Shown: positions 8,323 to 17,026 of the stretch, one piece after another
Position numbering within the stretch: the first letter of the stretch is position 1
How the letters are laid out: each line of letters opens with the position of its first letter
Source of the DNA: Ilumatobacteraceae bacterium
GTDB taxonomy: Bacteria; Actinomycetota; Acidimicrobiia; Acidimicrobiales; Ilumatobacteraceae
Assembly (NCBI GenBank): GCA_019090765.1
Contig: JAHRVJ010000184.1
Coordinates: forward strand, 1-41,033
Length of the DNA: 41,033 nt
Reading direction: 5' to 3'
The notes under the pieces: model-generated
Told to the model about the DNA's origin: nothing
Databases searched by the model: none
The model's input: the letters and a program-made list of their open reading frames with translations, nothing else
Made by a program: the position numbers and the translations under genes

Positions 8323-9807
8323 TTAGCTGATCTTGCGATCGCCTCCGAGCTTTGTTCGGTTGATCTTGCCTGCCTCGGTACGCGGAACTCGATCGACGAT
8401 CTCGTAGGTCTTGGGCACCTTGTATGAAGCAAGCCGACCTTTGCACCATGCAACCAACTCATCGGAGCTCGGGGGAGCGTCGATGTCTGCTACTTGGATG
8501 ATGGCGTGGACTCGATGGCCCCATTCTTCGTCGGGGACGGGCACGACGACCTGATCGACGACTTCTGGGTGGCCCGACAGAGCGTTCTCGACCTCGGCCG
8601 GGAACACGTTGGCGCCACCTGTGATGATCATGTCCTGGCGACGATCAGCGATGTACAGGTAGCCGCTGTCATCGACCCAGCCGAGATCGCCAACGGTGGA
8701 GTATCCGTCGGTCCGCGGTTCTGGCGTGGGCATCCCGATGTATTCAAAGGGCCGACCACCGGCACCGAGGCGCATGAAGATGTGCCCGACTTCGCCAGCG
8801 GGTAATTCGTTGTCGTCGTCATCGCAGATCATCAGGTCACAATCCACGGGTCGGCCCGTCGAGCCCCGATGAGTTGTCCAATCGACACCGTTCATCGAGC
8901 ACAAGCCGAGGCCTTCGCTGGATCCGTACGTGAACCAGAATTTCTCGGGTGGGATCAACTCGAGCCAGCGATCGACCACCCATTCGGGGATCTTGGCGCC
9001 GCCATAGATGAGGCGGCGAATGCTCTCGAAATCGGCGGGGCCGATGTGGTCGAGGCGGGCGATTCGTTGGAGCATGGTGGGGACCAAGACTGAGTACGTG
9101 ATGTCGTGTTTCTTGATCAGTTCGGTCGCCTGTGCGGCATCGAATTTCTCCATTACGAAGATGCTCGAGCCCTCCAACATCAACGGCGCGGTGAACCTGA
9201 ATCCGTTGACGTGATAGAGCGGGCAGCACACCAGGGTGCGGTCCTCGACCCCCTCGTCACTGAGCAGCGATGCGGCCAGCTTGTCACCCGCAACGATCCC
9301 CCGCGATGGCCGCATGATGAGCTTCGGGATCCCGGTCGAACCCGATGATGCCAGTAGGTTGACGATCTCCGAGACGGTGTCGGGAAGAGCGGTCTCGTCA
9401 AGCCCGAGGGTGTCTTTCAAGTCGTCGCTTGTCAGTACTGGGCAGCTTGCCTGGTGGCCGTCGGACACGACGACCGCAGGATCGGCAACCGTGAGCAGTC
9501 GGTCAATTTCCCATTGCGGCATGTCGTGGCGAAGGGGGAGCAGTGTCGCACCGAGCTTCCAAATGGCCAGGGTGACGAGCACGTGTTCGGGAACGCTCCC
9601 GAGTGCCAGGGCGACGATGTCGTCCTTGCCGACACCGTTGGCGATGAGTGATCGGGCGATCTGGTTGGCGCGAGACTCGAGTTCGCCCAGTCGCAGCGGA
9701 GTCTCGCTGCCATCAGGGGCAACGAAGGTCACCCTCACCTCGTCGGGGCGTTCGGCGGCAAGCTCAGTGAGTCGGCGACCGTAGGAGATTTCTTCCATAG
9801 ATGACAT
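8323..9807 (-). CDS. AMP-dependent acyl-CoA synthetase/ligase
   Basis: 494 aa. Variant AMP-binding P-loop LASSGSTGIPKLIM and C-terminal ASYKVPK motif. Its ATG overlaps the stop of the upstream NMO gene (ATGA at 9806..9809 on the minus strand). Confidence 0.85.
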   Translation of the reverse strand: MSSMEEISYGRRLTELAAERPDEVRVTFVAPDGSETPLRLGELESRANQIARSLIANGVGKDDIVALALGSVPEHVLVTLAIWKLGATLLPLRHDMPQWEIDRLLTVADPAVVVSDGHQASCPVLTSDDLKDTLGLDETALPDTVSEIVNLLASSGSTGIPKLIMRPSRGIVAGDKLAASLLSDEGVEDRTLVCCPLYHVNGFRFTAPLMLEGSSIFVMEKFDAAQATELIKKHDITYSVLVPTMLQRIARLDHIGPADFESIRRLIYGGAKIPEWVVDRWLELIPPEKFWFTYGSSEGLGLCSMNGVDWTTHRGSTGRPVDCDLMICDDDDNELPAGEVGHIFMRLGAGGRPFEYIGMPTPEPRTDGYSTVGDLGWVDDSGYLYIADRRQDMIITGGANVFPAEVENALSGHPEVVDQVVVPVPDEEWGHRVHAIIQVADIDAPPSSDELVAWCKGRLASYKVPKTYEIVDRVPRTEAGKINRTKLGGDRKIS

Positions 9808-10937
9808 CAGTGATCCAGTTCGTCAGAAAACGACTCGGCGACTTCGAGGAACTCTTCGACCATGTCCATGACAACACGTCCTGCTGGCAGAGAAGTATTC
9901 ATCCGTCCCACGATCTGCCCGACGGCACCGCCCAGCAACCGGCCCGGACCATCATCAGGGCCCTTCGCCGATCGATCAATCCGCTGTAGCGCCTCGACCA
10001 CGAGGATCGTTTGCAGAGGCATCTCCAGTGGGTTGGGCCCCGATTCACCGTTCCACGCCTCGGTCCATTCCGTTCGGATCTGGCGGGCTGGCTTACCGGT
10101 CAATGATCGGGATCGTTCGGTGTCGCTGCTACTGGCTTTCAGCAGCTTTTCCTTCAGCACCGGGTGGGAGTCTGACTCTTGAGTCGTCAGCCACACGGAT
10201 CCACACCAGACACCTGATGCCCCAAGCGCCATCGCCGCTGCCATCTGACGGCCGCCGCCGATTCCCCCGGCGGCGAGAACTGGTACAGGGGAGACCTCGT
10301 CGACGATTTCGGGGATCAGCACCATCGACGCAACCTCGCCTGTGTGACCTCCCGCCTCGTATCCCTGCGCGATCACGATGTCGACACCCGCGTCTACGTG
10401 CTTGCGCGCATGTCGCGCCTTGCCTGCCAGCGCGGCAACGAGACGTCCGCTCTGATGCACCCGATCAACGACGTCAGGAGGTGGTGTTCCGAGAGCGTTC
10501 GCGATCAGTGCCACATCGTGCTTGAGCGCCACATCGACGAGTGAGGATGCGCCGTCACCTGCCCAGGAAATGAGCCCAGGGCGACGTGGAGTGCCTTCGG
10601 GAAGTGGTTCGACATCGTGAGCGTCGAGCACCTCGGCGACATAGGACTGGTGGTCCTCCGGAATGAACTCGCGAAGCTTCTCTTCGGTGATGTCGCCAAA
10701 TTCTTCTGCAACGGCAAGCTTGGCGGGGATCACGATGTCGACCCCATACGGGCGACCGTCCAGCTCGGCTTCGATGATCGATAGCTCACGGTCGAGCTGT
10801 TCGGCGTCCATCTCGACGGCGCCGAGCACACCCAGCCCTCCTGCCTTGCAGACTGCCACTACTACATCGCGGCAATGGCTGAAGGCAAAAATTGGAAACT
10901 CAATCCCCAGTTTTTCGCACAGATCGTTGTGCAGCAT
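9807..10937 (-). CDS. nitronate monooxygenase (NMO) family flavoprotein, possibly an IpdC-like enoyl-CoA reductase
   Basis: NMO-type N-terminus MLHNDLCEKLGIEFPIFAFSH and a GGIGGGRQMAAAMALGASGVWCGS FMN-binding region. I prefer the ATG at 10937 (AAGAGGAAA SD upstream) over the track start at 10991. Confidence 0.8.
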   Translation of the reverse strand: MLHNDLCEKLGIEFPIFAFSHCRDVVVAVCKAGGLGVLGAVEMDAEQLDRELSIIEAELDGRPYGVDIVIPAKLAVAEEFGDITEEKLREFIPEDHQSYVAEVLDAHDVEPLPEGTPRRPGLISWAGDGASSLVDVALKHDVALIANALGTPPPDVVDRVHQSGRLVAALAGKARHARKHVDAGVDIVIAQGYEAGGHTGEVASMVLIPEIVDEVSPVPVLAAGGIGGGRQMAAAMALGASGVWCGSVWLTTQESDSHPVLKEKLLKASSSDTERSRSLTGKPARQIRTEWTEAWNGESGPNPLEMPLQTILVVEALQRIDRSAKGPDDGPGRLLGGAVGQIVGRMNTSLPAGRVVMDMVEEFLEVAESFSDELDH

Positions 10938-10993
10938 TGATCGTTTCCTCTTTCTAGGTTGTGCAGTCGAGCAGTGCAGCGCCTCGACCAAGC

Positions 10994-11023
10994 GTCTTTA
11001 CACACTACACTTTTTGTAATGAG
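10994..11023. promoter_or_regulatory. box D of the recurrent operator-like motif: GTCTTTACA-N12-TGTAATGAG
   Basis: Lies in the 81-bp divergent region between the NMO and racemase genes. The right arm contains the racemase ATG (11019). TACACT (11006..11011) in the spacer could serve as a -10 for a leaderless transcript. Confidence 0.5.
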
Positions 11024-12197
11024 CACGCAGACGCCCGAAGGCGGTCCGCTCGCCGGGCTACGAGTAATTGAGGTCGCTGGTATCGGCCCTGGACCGTTCG
11101 CGGCGATGATGCTCGCCGACATGGGCGCCGAAGTCCTCCGCATCGATCGAGCGTCCGCGGTCCCGCCGATGCAACCTGTTGACCCCTCGTGGGATCTCCT
11201 CGGGCGCAGCCGACGTTCGGTGGCCGTCGACCTCAAGAATCCCGAGGGCGGGGAATGTGTCCTGCGCCTGTGCGAAAGTGCGGACGTGCTCATCGAGGGC
11301 TTCCGCCCCGGTGTTGCCGAACGGCTCGGATTCGGCCCGACTGAGGCACTCGCCAGAAACTCGACCCTCGTGTACGGGCGAATGACAGGCTTCGGGCAGA
11401 CGGGCCCCCTCGCATCCGCAGCCGGACACGACATCAACTATGTGGCAATATCTGGGGCGCTCTACCACATGGGTCCTGCGGATGCTCCACCTGTGCCGCC
11501 ACTCAACCTTGTGGGTGACTTCGGCGGCGGCGGCATGCTCTTAGCGGTGGGTATTCTGGCCGCGCTCCACGAACGCTCGACATCTGGGAAGGGCCAAGTT
11601 GTGGACGCTGCGATGGTCGACGGATCGGCACTCCTGACAACTGTTCAGCACAGCATCGCGGCGATGGGAATGTGGAATGTGGAGCGGGGGACCAACATCG
11701 TCGACGGCGGTGCGCCGTTCTATGGCACCTATGAAACCTCTGACGGCAAGTACCTCGCGGTGGGCCCCATCGAAGATCGATTCCGACTCGAGTTTGCAAC
11801 GATTCTCGGACTCGACGTCGCGGAGTTGGGAGATCCCTCAGACCCCACGGAATGGCCTAAGGGTCATGACCGTGTTGCCGAAGTGATCCGCCAACGCACC
11901 GCTGAGGATTGGCTGTCGAGAACCGACGGAACCGATGCGTGCGTAACACCCATACTGTCGATCTTTGATGCACCGGATCACCCGCACAACCAGGCACGTC
12001 AAGTGTTCTGCGAGGTCGACGGGATCGCACAACCCAGCCCGGCGCCACGATTCGATCGCACGCCTTCTCCCAATCCAACCGGTGCACCGAACCCCGGTGA
12101 GCACACCGATGAGGGCCTGGCGGCTTGGGGGTTCTCTGATGCCGAGATCGGGAAACTCCGAGACGCCGGAGTAGTTGCCCAGATCCCGAATGGCTGA
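11019..12197 (+). CDS. mcr: alpha-methylacyl-CoA racemase-like family III CoA-transferase (CaiB/BaiF family)
   Basis: GLRVIEVAGIGPGPFAAMMLADMGAEVLRIDR, EGFRPGVAERLG, GHDINY, PLNLVGDFGGGG and GKGQVVDAAMVDGS match my recollection of mycobacterial Mcr closely. Start moved to the ATG at 11019 (MSTQTPEGG). Confidence 0.75.
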   Translation: MSTQTPEGGPLAGLRVIEVAGIGPGPFAAMMLADMGAEVLRIDRASAVPPMQPVDPSWDLLGRSRRSVAVDLKNPEGGECVLRLCESADVLIEGFRPGVAERLGFGPTEALARNSTLVYGRMTGFGQTGPLASAAGHDINYVAISGALYHMGPADAPPVPPLNLVGDFGGGGMLLAVGILAALHERSTSGKGQVVDAAMVDGSALLTTVQHSIAAMGMWNVERGTNIVDGGAPFYGTYETSDGKYLAVGPIEDRFRLEFATILGLDVAELGDPSDPTEWPKGHDRVAEVIRQRTAEDWLSRTDGTDACVTPILSIFDAPDHPHNQARQVFCEVDGIAQPSPAPRFDRTPSPNPTGAPNPGEHTDEGLAAWGFSDAEIGKLRDAGVVAQIPNG

Positions 12198-13328
12198 TCA
12201 GCCGATACCGCGAACAGCGCGCATCACCATTTCTCGATGCACTTCCGATGTCCCTTCGAGGAGTTCGAAAACCTGGGCGTCACGAAGCAGCCGTTCGACT
12301 GTCGCTCCCTGAGCGATCCCATACACCCCGTGAACCGAAACTGCCATCCGGGCCACCTCGAGCGCCTTGTTGGTGACGAACAGCTTGGCGGTCGCGAGTT
12401 CGGTCCCCGCGGCACCCCACATGTCTTTGCACGCTGCGGCCCAGTAAGTGATCTGACGTGATGCCTCGATCGCGGCAACCATGTCGGCAATCAGCCTGTG
12501 AACGGCCTGGAAGTCGATGATCGGGTGTCCCTGCTGCTCGCGATTGCGCGCATAGGTAACTGCTTCTTCGAGACACGTTTGCATCAGGCCGACACAGCTG
12601 GCGCAGATGCCGATCTTGCCCATCGGCATCACATCTTTGAGAGTTGCGAACTGGCCGCCCGTCTTGCCTCCGAGGACGTTTTCGTTCGGGACCTCGACGT
12701 CGAGTACGAGGTCGGTCAGCTCGGTTCCGCGGACCCCGATGATCGGGATTTGAGTGCCTGGCTGGTAGCCCGGCAGATCGGTCGGGACGAGAAACAGGCT
12801 GATGTCATCATCAGGGTCCTTGGCAAAGACGATGCCGATGTCGGAGCTGCGGGCATTCGAAATCCACATTTTTGTCCCGCGAATCAGCCAACCGTCGTCG
12901 GTGCGAGTCGCCCGGGTCGTCATCATCCGGGTATCAGTTCCCGTCTGTGGTTCGGTGAACGCGAGGAACGACGACAACTTCCCCGACAGTAGGTCCGGTA
13001 CCCACTCCCTGATCTGGGCCTCGGTTCCCGCGTGGAGAATGGCGGCGGCCACCAGAGTGTTGGTTTGGAAGTACATGCTCACCGCCGGGAGTACCCGAGA
13101 CAGCTCTTCGTGTAGAACCGCCCAGGCCAGATGGCTCCCGCCTCCACCGCCGTACTCCTCCGGCAGCGGAAGGCCAATTGCCCCCAACTCCCCAAGCTTC
13201 AGTCGCAGCTCGTGCGGCAACAGGACACCTTCGTCGGCAGGTTTCACGTACTGCGTCAGATGTGTGGTTGCGAAGTCCCGGCAGACTGCCCGGTACTCCT
13301 CGATCTCAGGGGGAAGCGCTGACAGCAT
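12198..13328 (-). CDS. acyl-CoA dehydrogenase (canonical type)
   Basis: 376 aa. ACAD signature FLAFTEPQTGTD and C-terminal LLEGTSEVHRE, with Glu at the canonical catalytic-base position. Confidence 0.88.
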   Translation of the reverse strand: MLSALPPEIEEYRAVCRDFATTHLTQYVKPADEGVLLPHELRLKLGELGAIGLPLPEEYGGGGGSHLAWAVLHEELSRVLPAVSMYFQTNTLVAAAILHAGTEAQIREWVPDLLSGKLSSFLAFTEPQTGTDTRMMTTRATRTDDGWLIRGTKMWISNARSSDIGIVFAKDPDDDISLFLVPTDLPGYQPGTQIPIIGVRGTELTDLVLDVEVPNENVLGGKTGGQFATLKDVMPMGKIGICASCVGLMQTCLEEAVTYARNREQQGHPIIDFQAVHRLIADMVAAIEASRQITYWAAACKDMWGAAGTELATAKLFVTNKALEVARMAVSVHGVYGIAQGATVERLLRDAQVFELLEGTSEVHREMVMRAVRGIG

Positions 13329-13373
13329 GCTGTTTACTCCATGAACAATTGGCGGATGCGGAATGTGCGGGCG

Positions 13374-14510
13374 TCACGAGCGTGGTAGGCCGAGAATTCT
13401 TTGGGCGATGATGCTCCGTTGGATCTGACTCGTGCCGCCATAGATGCTCTGAGCGCGCGAGTAGAGGTATTCGAACATCTGGTCGTCGGGCTCCAACACC
13501 GCGCCCGCCTCGCTGAGATCCAGAACAGTTCGACACAGCTCTTGTTCTGCCCGCGTTAGCAGCAGCTTGTCGACCGACCCGGCGGGGCCCGGTGTGGCTC
13601 CGGCTCCGGATGACGCGCGAGCCAGCAGGCTGAGCTGCACCCGAACACGCAATGCCTCGAGGCTGACGAATGCTTCAGCGAGTCGACGGCGCCCGACTTG
13701 ATCTAGCTCGACCTCGCCCGACCGGACGCGAGCTTCGAACCGGCTAAGAGTGTTCGCCAGGCGAGATGTGAACCCAATGTCGGCGGGCCCCCGTTCGAAT
13801 TCGACAGTTGTCATCGCGATGGCCCACCCGGCTCCCGGATCGCCGATCATCTGCGAGGCTGGTATCTCCACATCATCGAAAAACACCTCGGAGAACTCGG
13901 TGTCACCGGTGATCTGCACCAGCGGCCGGACCGAGATCCCAGGGGACTTCATCTCGACGACGAAGGCCGAGATCCCCTTGTGTTTCGGAGCGTCCCGGTC
14001 GGAGCGAGCGAGCAGCAAGCACCAGTCTGCGTACTGCGCGAAGCTGGTCCAGACTTTCTGGCCATTGACTACATAAGTATCGCCTCTGAGATCAGCTCGA
14101 GTCCGAAGTCCGGCGAGGTCAGACCCGGCATCGGGCTCGCTGAACCCTTGACACCACTGTTCCTCACCTGACAGCAACCTGGGCAAGAAACGAGATTGCT
14201 GGTCTGGGGAACCATGCGTCAACATCGGCCGCCCGAGGTACCCAATGGCAGGAGCCGGCATCGTCTCGGACGCTCCGAGTTCCTCGTTGAAGACAGCCTC
14301 GAAATCGTCGGGCAGGCCACGCCCACCGACCTCGGTGGGCCAACTAATGCCCATCCATCCGCCGCTGTACAGCTTCTTGTGCCACTCAACAAAAGCCCGG
14401 TGCCATTGATCGAGGTCATTGCGGGGCGGGCTGTCGACGCGGTTCGCCTTAAGCCATTCCCGGAGTTCCCGACGGAACGCCTGCCGCTGCTGATTCTCAG
14501 AGAAGTCCAT
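13374..14510 (-). CDS. acyl-CoA dehydrogenase
   Basis: CQGFSEPDAGSDLAGLRTRA signature and C-terminal SIYGGTSQIQRSII. Start moved to the ATG at 14510 (MDFSENQQRQAF); the track start at 14636 would run into the divergent gene. Confidence 0.85.
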   Translation of the reverse strand: MDFSENQQRQAFRRELREWLKANRVDSPPRNDLDQWHRAFVEWHKKLYSGGWMGISWPTEVGGRGLPDDFEAVFNEELGASETMPAPAIGYLGRPMLTHGSPDQQSRFLPRLLSGEEQWCQGFSEPDAGSDLAGLRTRADLRGDTYVVNGQKVWTSFAQYADWCLLLARSDRDAPKHKGISAFVVEMKSPGISVRPLVQITGDTEFSEVFFDDVEIPASQMIGDPGAGWAIAMTTVEFERGPADIGFTSRLANTLSRFEARVRSGEVELDQVGRRRLAEAFVSLEALRVRVQLSLLARASSGAGATPGPAGSVDKLLLTRAEQELCRTVLDLSEAGAVLEPDDQMFEYLYSRAQSIYGGTSQIQRSIIAQRILGLPRS

Positions 14511-14565
14511 GTTGCTGCAATCCTTCGTATGTATCATTTCCGAATCCGACCGAAGGAGTTCCCCG

Positions 14566-15570
14566 ATGGACACCATCCTCACCGACGAGCAGAGGATGCT
14601 CCGCTCGATGGCCGAATCGCTCACCGCAGGCATCACGCCTGGAGGTCAAACGACCGAGGAATCGATCTGGTCCCAGCTTGCCGATGCCGGCCTGATCGGG
14701 CTCTCCATCCCCGATGTCGACGGCGGCAGCGGCGGCAGCCTCACCGATACGGTGCTGGTTACCGAAGTGTTGGCTGCAGCGTCGACGCCGCTCGATCAGC
14801 TCTGGAGCGGAGTGATCGCGCCGGCACTGCTGCATGAAGCGGGTGCCGGCGACATTCTCCATGAAGTATGCAGCGGCGCCCGAAGAGTGGCCGTAGCGCT
14901 CGATCGCGGTCTCACCGCACTCGGTCGAGTCGACGACGAGAACGCGATCGTGATCAACCCGGGGCTCGCTCGGGAAGCGCTCGCACTCGATGAAGCTGGT
15001 CGGCTTGTGATCTGCGCAGTTGCGCCCCGCGATGACAGCGCCGACGATCAATTGATCAGCAGTGGTCTCGGCAACGCCACCGAGCCCCCGATCGGTACAC
15101 CGCTCGACGACAGCAGACTCCGTTCTTGGGAGGCGATCTCGCTCACTGCAATTGCCGCGGACGCCGTCGGAGCGGCCGCTGCGGCGCTCGCGCTGGCAGT
15201 CGATTACGCGGCCAACCGGGTTCAGTTCGGTGCTCCGATTGGTTCGTTTCAAGCAATTGCGCACATCTGCGCCGACGACCATGTGAGCGTCGAGGCGTCT
15301 CGCGCTCTCGCCTGGTATGCAGCGTGGGCGGTCGCCTCGGATAACGACCAGTCCCTCCAGTCCGCGCGTACCGCCAAGATTCACGCGACCCAAACCGGCC
15401 GTAGCGTCTGCGAAGACGCCATCCAGGTGCATGGGGGGATCGGTATGACGTGGGAGTGCCCAGCCCACACTCACCTCCGGCGGATGCTGATCAACAGCCG
15501 TTGTCTTGGAGGCAACGACCTGCTCCTTGACCGGACCGCAGATAACAGGTTGGCGCTCGTCGATTCCTAA
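14566..15570 (+). CDS. acyl-CoA dehydrogenase-fold protein, degenerate (candidate non-catalytic beta subunit)
   Basis: 334 aa from the ATG at 14566 (AAGGAG SD upstream). ACAD-like C-terminal domain (FGAPIGSFQAI, VHGGIGMTWE). I could not find the TEPxxGSD signature or the GGTxEIQ motif. Confidence 0.75.
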   Translation: MDTILTDEQRMLRSMAESLTAGITPGGQTTEESIWSQLADAGLIGLSIPDVDGGSGGSLTDTVLVTEVLAAASTPLDQLWSGVIAPALLHEAGAGDILHEVCSGARRVAVALDRGLTALGRVDDENAIVINPGLAREALALDEAGRLVICAVAPRDDSADDQLISSGLGNATEPPIGTPLDDSRLRSWEAISLTAIAADAVGAAAAALALAVDYAANRVQFGAPIGSFQAIAHICADDHVSVEASRALAWYAAWAVASDNDQSLQSARTAKIHATQTGRSVCEDAIQVHGGIGMTWECPAHTHLRRMLINSRCLGGNDLLLDRTADNRLALVDS

Positions 15571-15610
15571 CTCGGAGCCGTTTGGCCACACATGGCAATG
15601 CTCTGAACTC

Positions 15611-15640
15611 TGGTTTACGAAGTGCACGATGTGTAAAGTA
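15611..15640. promoter_or_regulatory. box B of the recurrent operator-like motif: TGGTTTACG-N12-TGTAAAGTA
   Basis: Lies in the 77-nt gap between the two ACAD genes and ends 8 nt before the ATG at 15648. TAAAGT (15634..15639) fits TANNNT. Confidence 0.5.
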
Positions 15641-15647
15641 GCCGCTC

Positions 15648-16958
15648 ATGGCCGACAAGTTGAGAATTCCCACGACCGCGCCCCAACACGGTGGCGGCAC
15701 CGCCGAATACCCTGACCCGCTCCCAATCGAGACGGACGCGTCAGCAGAGGCCGCCGTCGGCGTCGTTCGTGAATGGATCGAGCAGGCAATTCCGGCCGAG
15801 TGGCGGATCGCCGCCGAGAAAGGCGTCGAGCAGCTACGTGAAGTCCGGCCCCGAGAGGCTTATGAACAGTGGTATCCGGCGTTTGCCTCAACGGGTCTCG
15901 CCATACCGCAATGGCCCCGTGCCTACGGCGGGCTAGGCGTCAGCTCGACGACTGCCCGGGCGATCGAGGCTGAACTGGCACCTCACCGGCTCGGTCGATT
16001 GAATATCCTCGGAATCAACCTCGCAGGATCTGCACTGCTCCATTGGGGAACCGAGGAGCAAAAGCGCCGATACCTAATTCCGATCGTGCGCAATGAAGAA
16101 CAGTGGTGCCAATTGTTCAGTGAACCCAACGCCGGTTCCGATCTGCCTTCGCTCGCAGCGTGGGCAACCCGTACGGAAACAGGCTGGCAGATCACCGGCC
16201 AGAAGGTCTGGAACACCTGGGCTGAAAAAGCCGATTTCGGGATTCTCCTGGCCCGCACGAGCCCCGACCTACCAAAGCGGGAAGGGCTCACCTGCGTGAT
16301 CCTCCCGATGCATCAGCCCGGTGTCGAGGTCAGGCCATTACGTCAGTTGACTGGCGACTCGGAGTTCAATGAAGTAATTCTCGACGAGGCGCAAGCTGGC
16401 GACGAGCACCTTCTGGGCAGTGTCGATAACGGCTGGGCGGTTGCCCGCACAGTCCTGTCTGGTGAACGCCAGAACGTCTCGGGCCCGGGGTCGGGCGGGG
16501 GCCTCGACAACTTGGGGGGTCGATCGGTGCATCGACTATTGCAACGTGCGGCCGAGGCCAACCCGGCTGGCCGGCCGGCTGACGACGCGATTTGGCGGCA
16601 ACGCCTGATGAAGCTGTGGAGTGAACACCAGGTGATGCTGTGGACGAACCTAAGGGTCCGCGGTGCCCGCAAGAGCGGCCGCGAACCTGGGGCGAATAGC
16701 TCCATCGGCAAGCTTTTCTCCACCGAACACAACAAACGCCTCCAGGAGGCATGGTTCGACATGACCGCGATGGTCGCCGACGCCGGTGCGACCGAAGAAG
16801 GTCGCCGAGTCCGTTACGGGTTCTTACGTAGCCGAGCCAACACCATTGAAGGTGGAACCTCACAGGTCCAGCGCAATGTGCTCGGCGAGGCCATCTTGGG
16901 TCTGCCGCGTGAGCCCGACCAGTACCACGGCGCATCCTGGCGCGACGTACCCAGATAG
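15648..16958 (+). CDS. acyl-CoA dehydrogenase (candidate catalytic alpha subunit)
   Basis: 436 aa. CQLFSEPNAGSDLPSLAAWA signature and C-terminal IEGGTSQVQRNVLGE. Confidence 0.85.
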   Translation: MADKLRIPTTAPQHGGGTAEYPDPLPIETDASAEAAVGVVREWIEQAIPAEWRIAAEKGVEQLREVRPREAYEQWYPAFASTGLAIPQWPRAYGGLGVSSTTARAIEAELAPHRLGRLNILGINLAGSALLHWGTEEQKRRYLIPIVRNEEQWCQLFSEPNAGSDLPSLAAWATRTETGWQITGQKVWNTWAEKADFGILLARTSPDLPKREGLTCVILPMHQPGVEVRPLRQLTGDSEFNEVILDEAQAGDEHLLGSVDNGWAVARTVLSGERQNVSGPGSGGGLDNLGGRSVHRLLQRAAEANPAGRPADDAIWRQRLMKLWSEHQVMLWTNLRVRGARKSGREPGANSSIGKLFSTEHNKRLQEAWFDMTAMVADAGATEEGRRVRYGFLRSRANTIEGGTSQVQRNVLGEAILGLPREPDQYHGASWRDVPR

Positions 16959-17026
16959 ACGAACCCAGATAACGGCACCGAGTTAGCTGGGACCCGGTCA
17001 CTGCGATCCCGTAAACGCAGATTGGA

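Noticed and set aside
14497-15627. 376-aa minus-strand ORF covering the whole ACAD gene at 14566..15570. Similar long antisense ORFs occur at 37931..38992, 31698..32951, 21297..22154, 39041..39718, 26928..27575, 20123..20755, 16366..17040, 30308..30979 and 17501..18199.
   Set aside because: Each lies opposite an ORF with clear family motifs. Their translations are Arg/Pro/Ser/Gly-rich with no recognisable domain. Long stop-free antisense frames are expected in GC-rich DNA.
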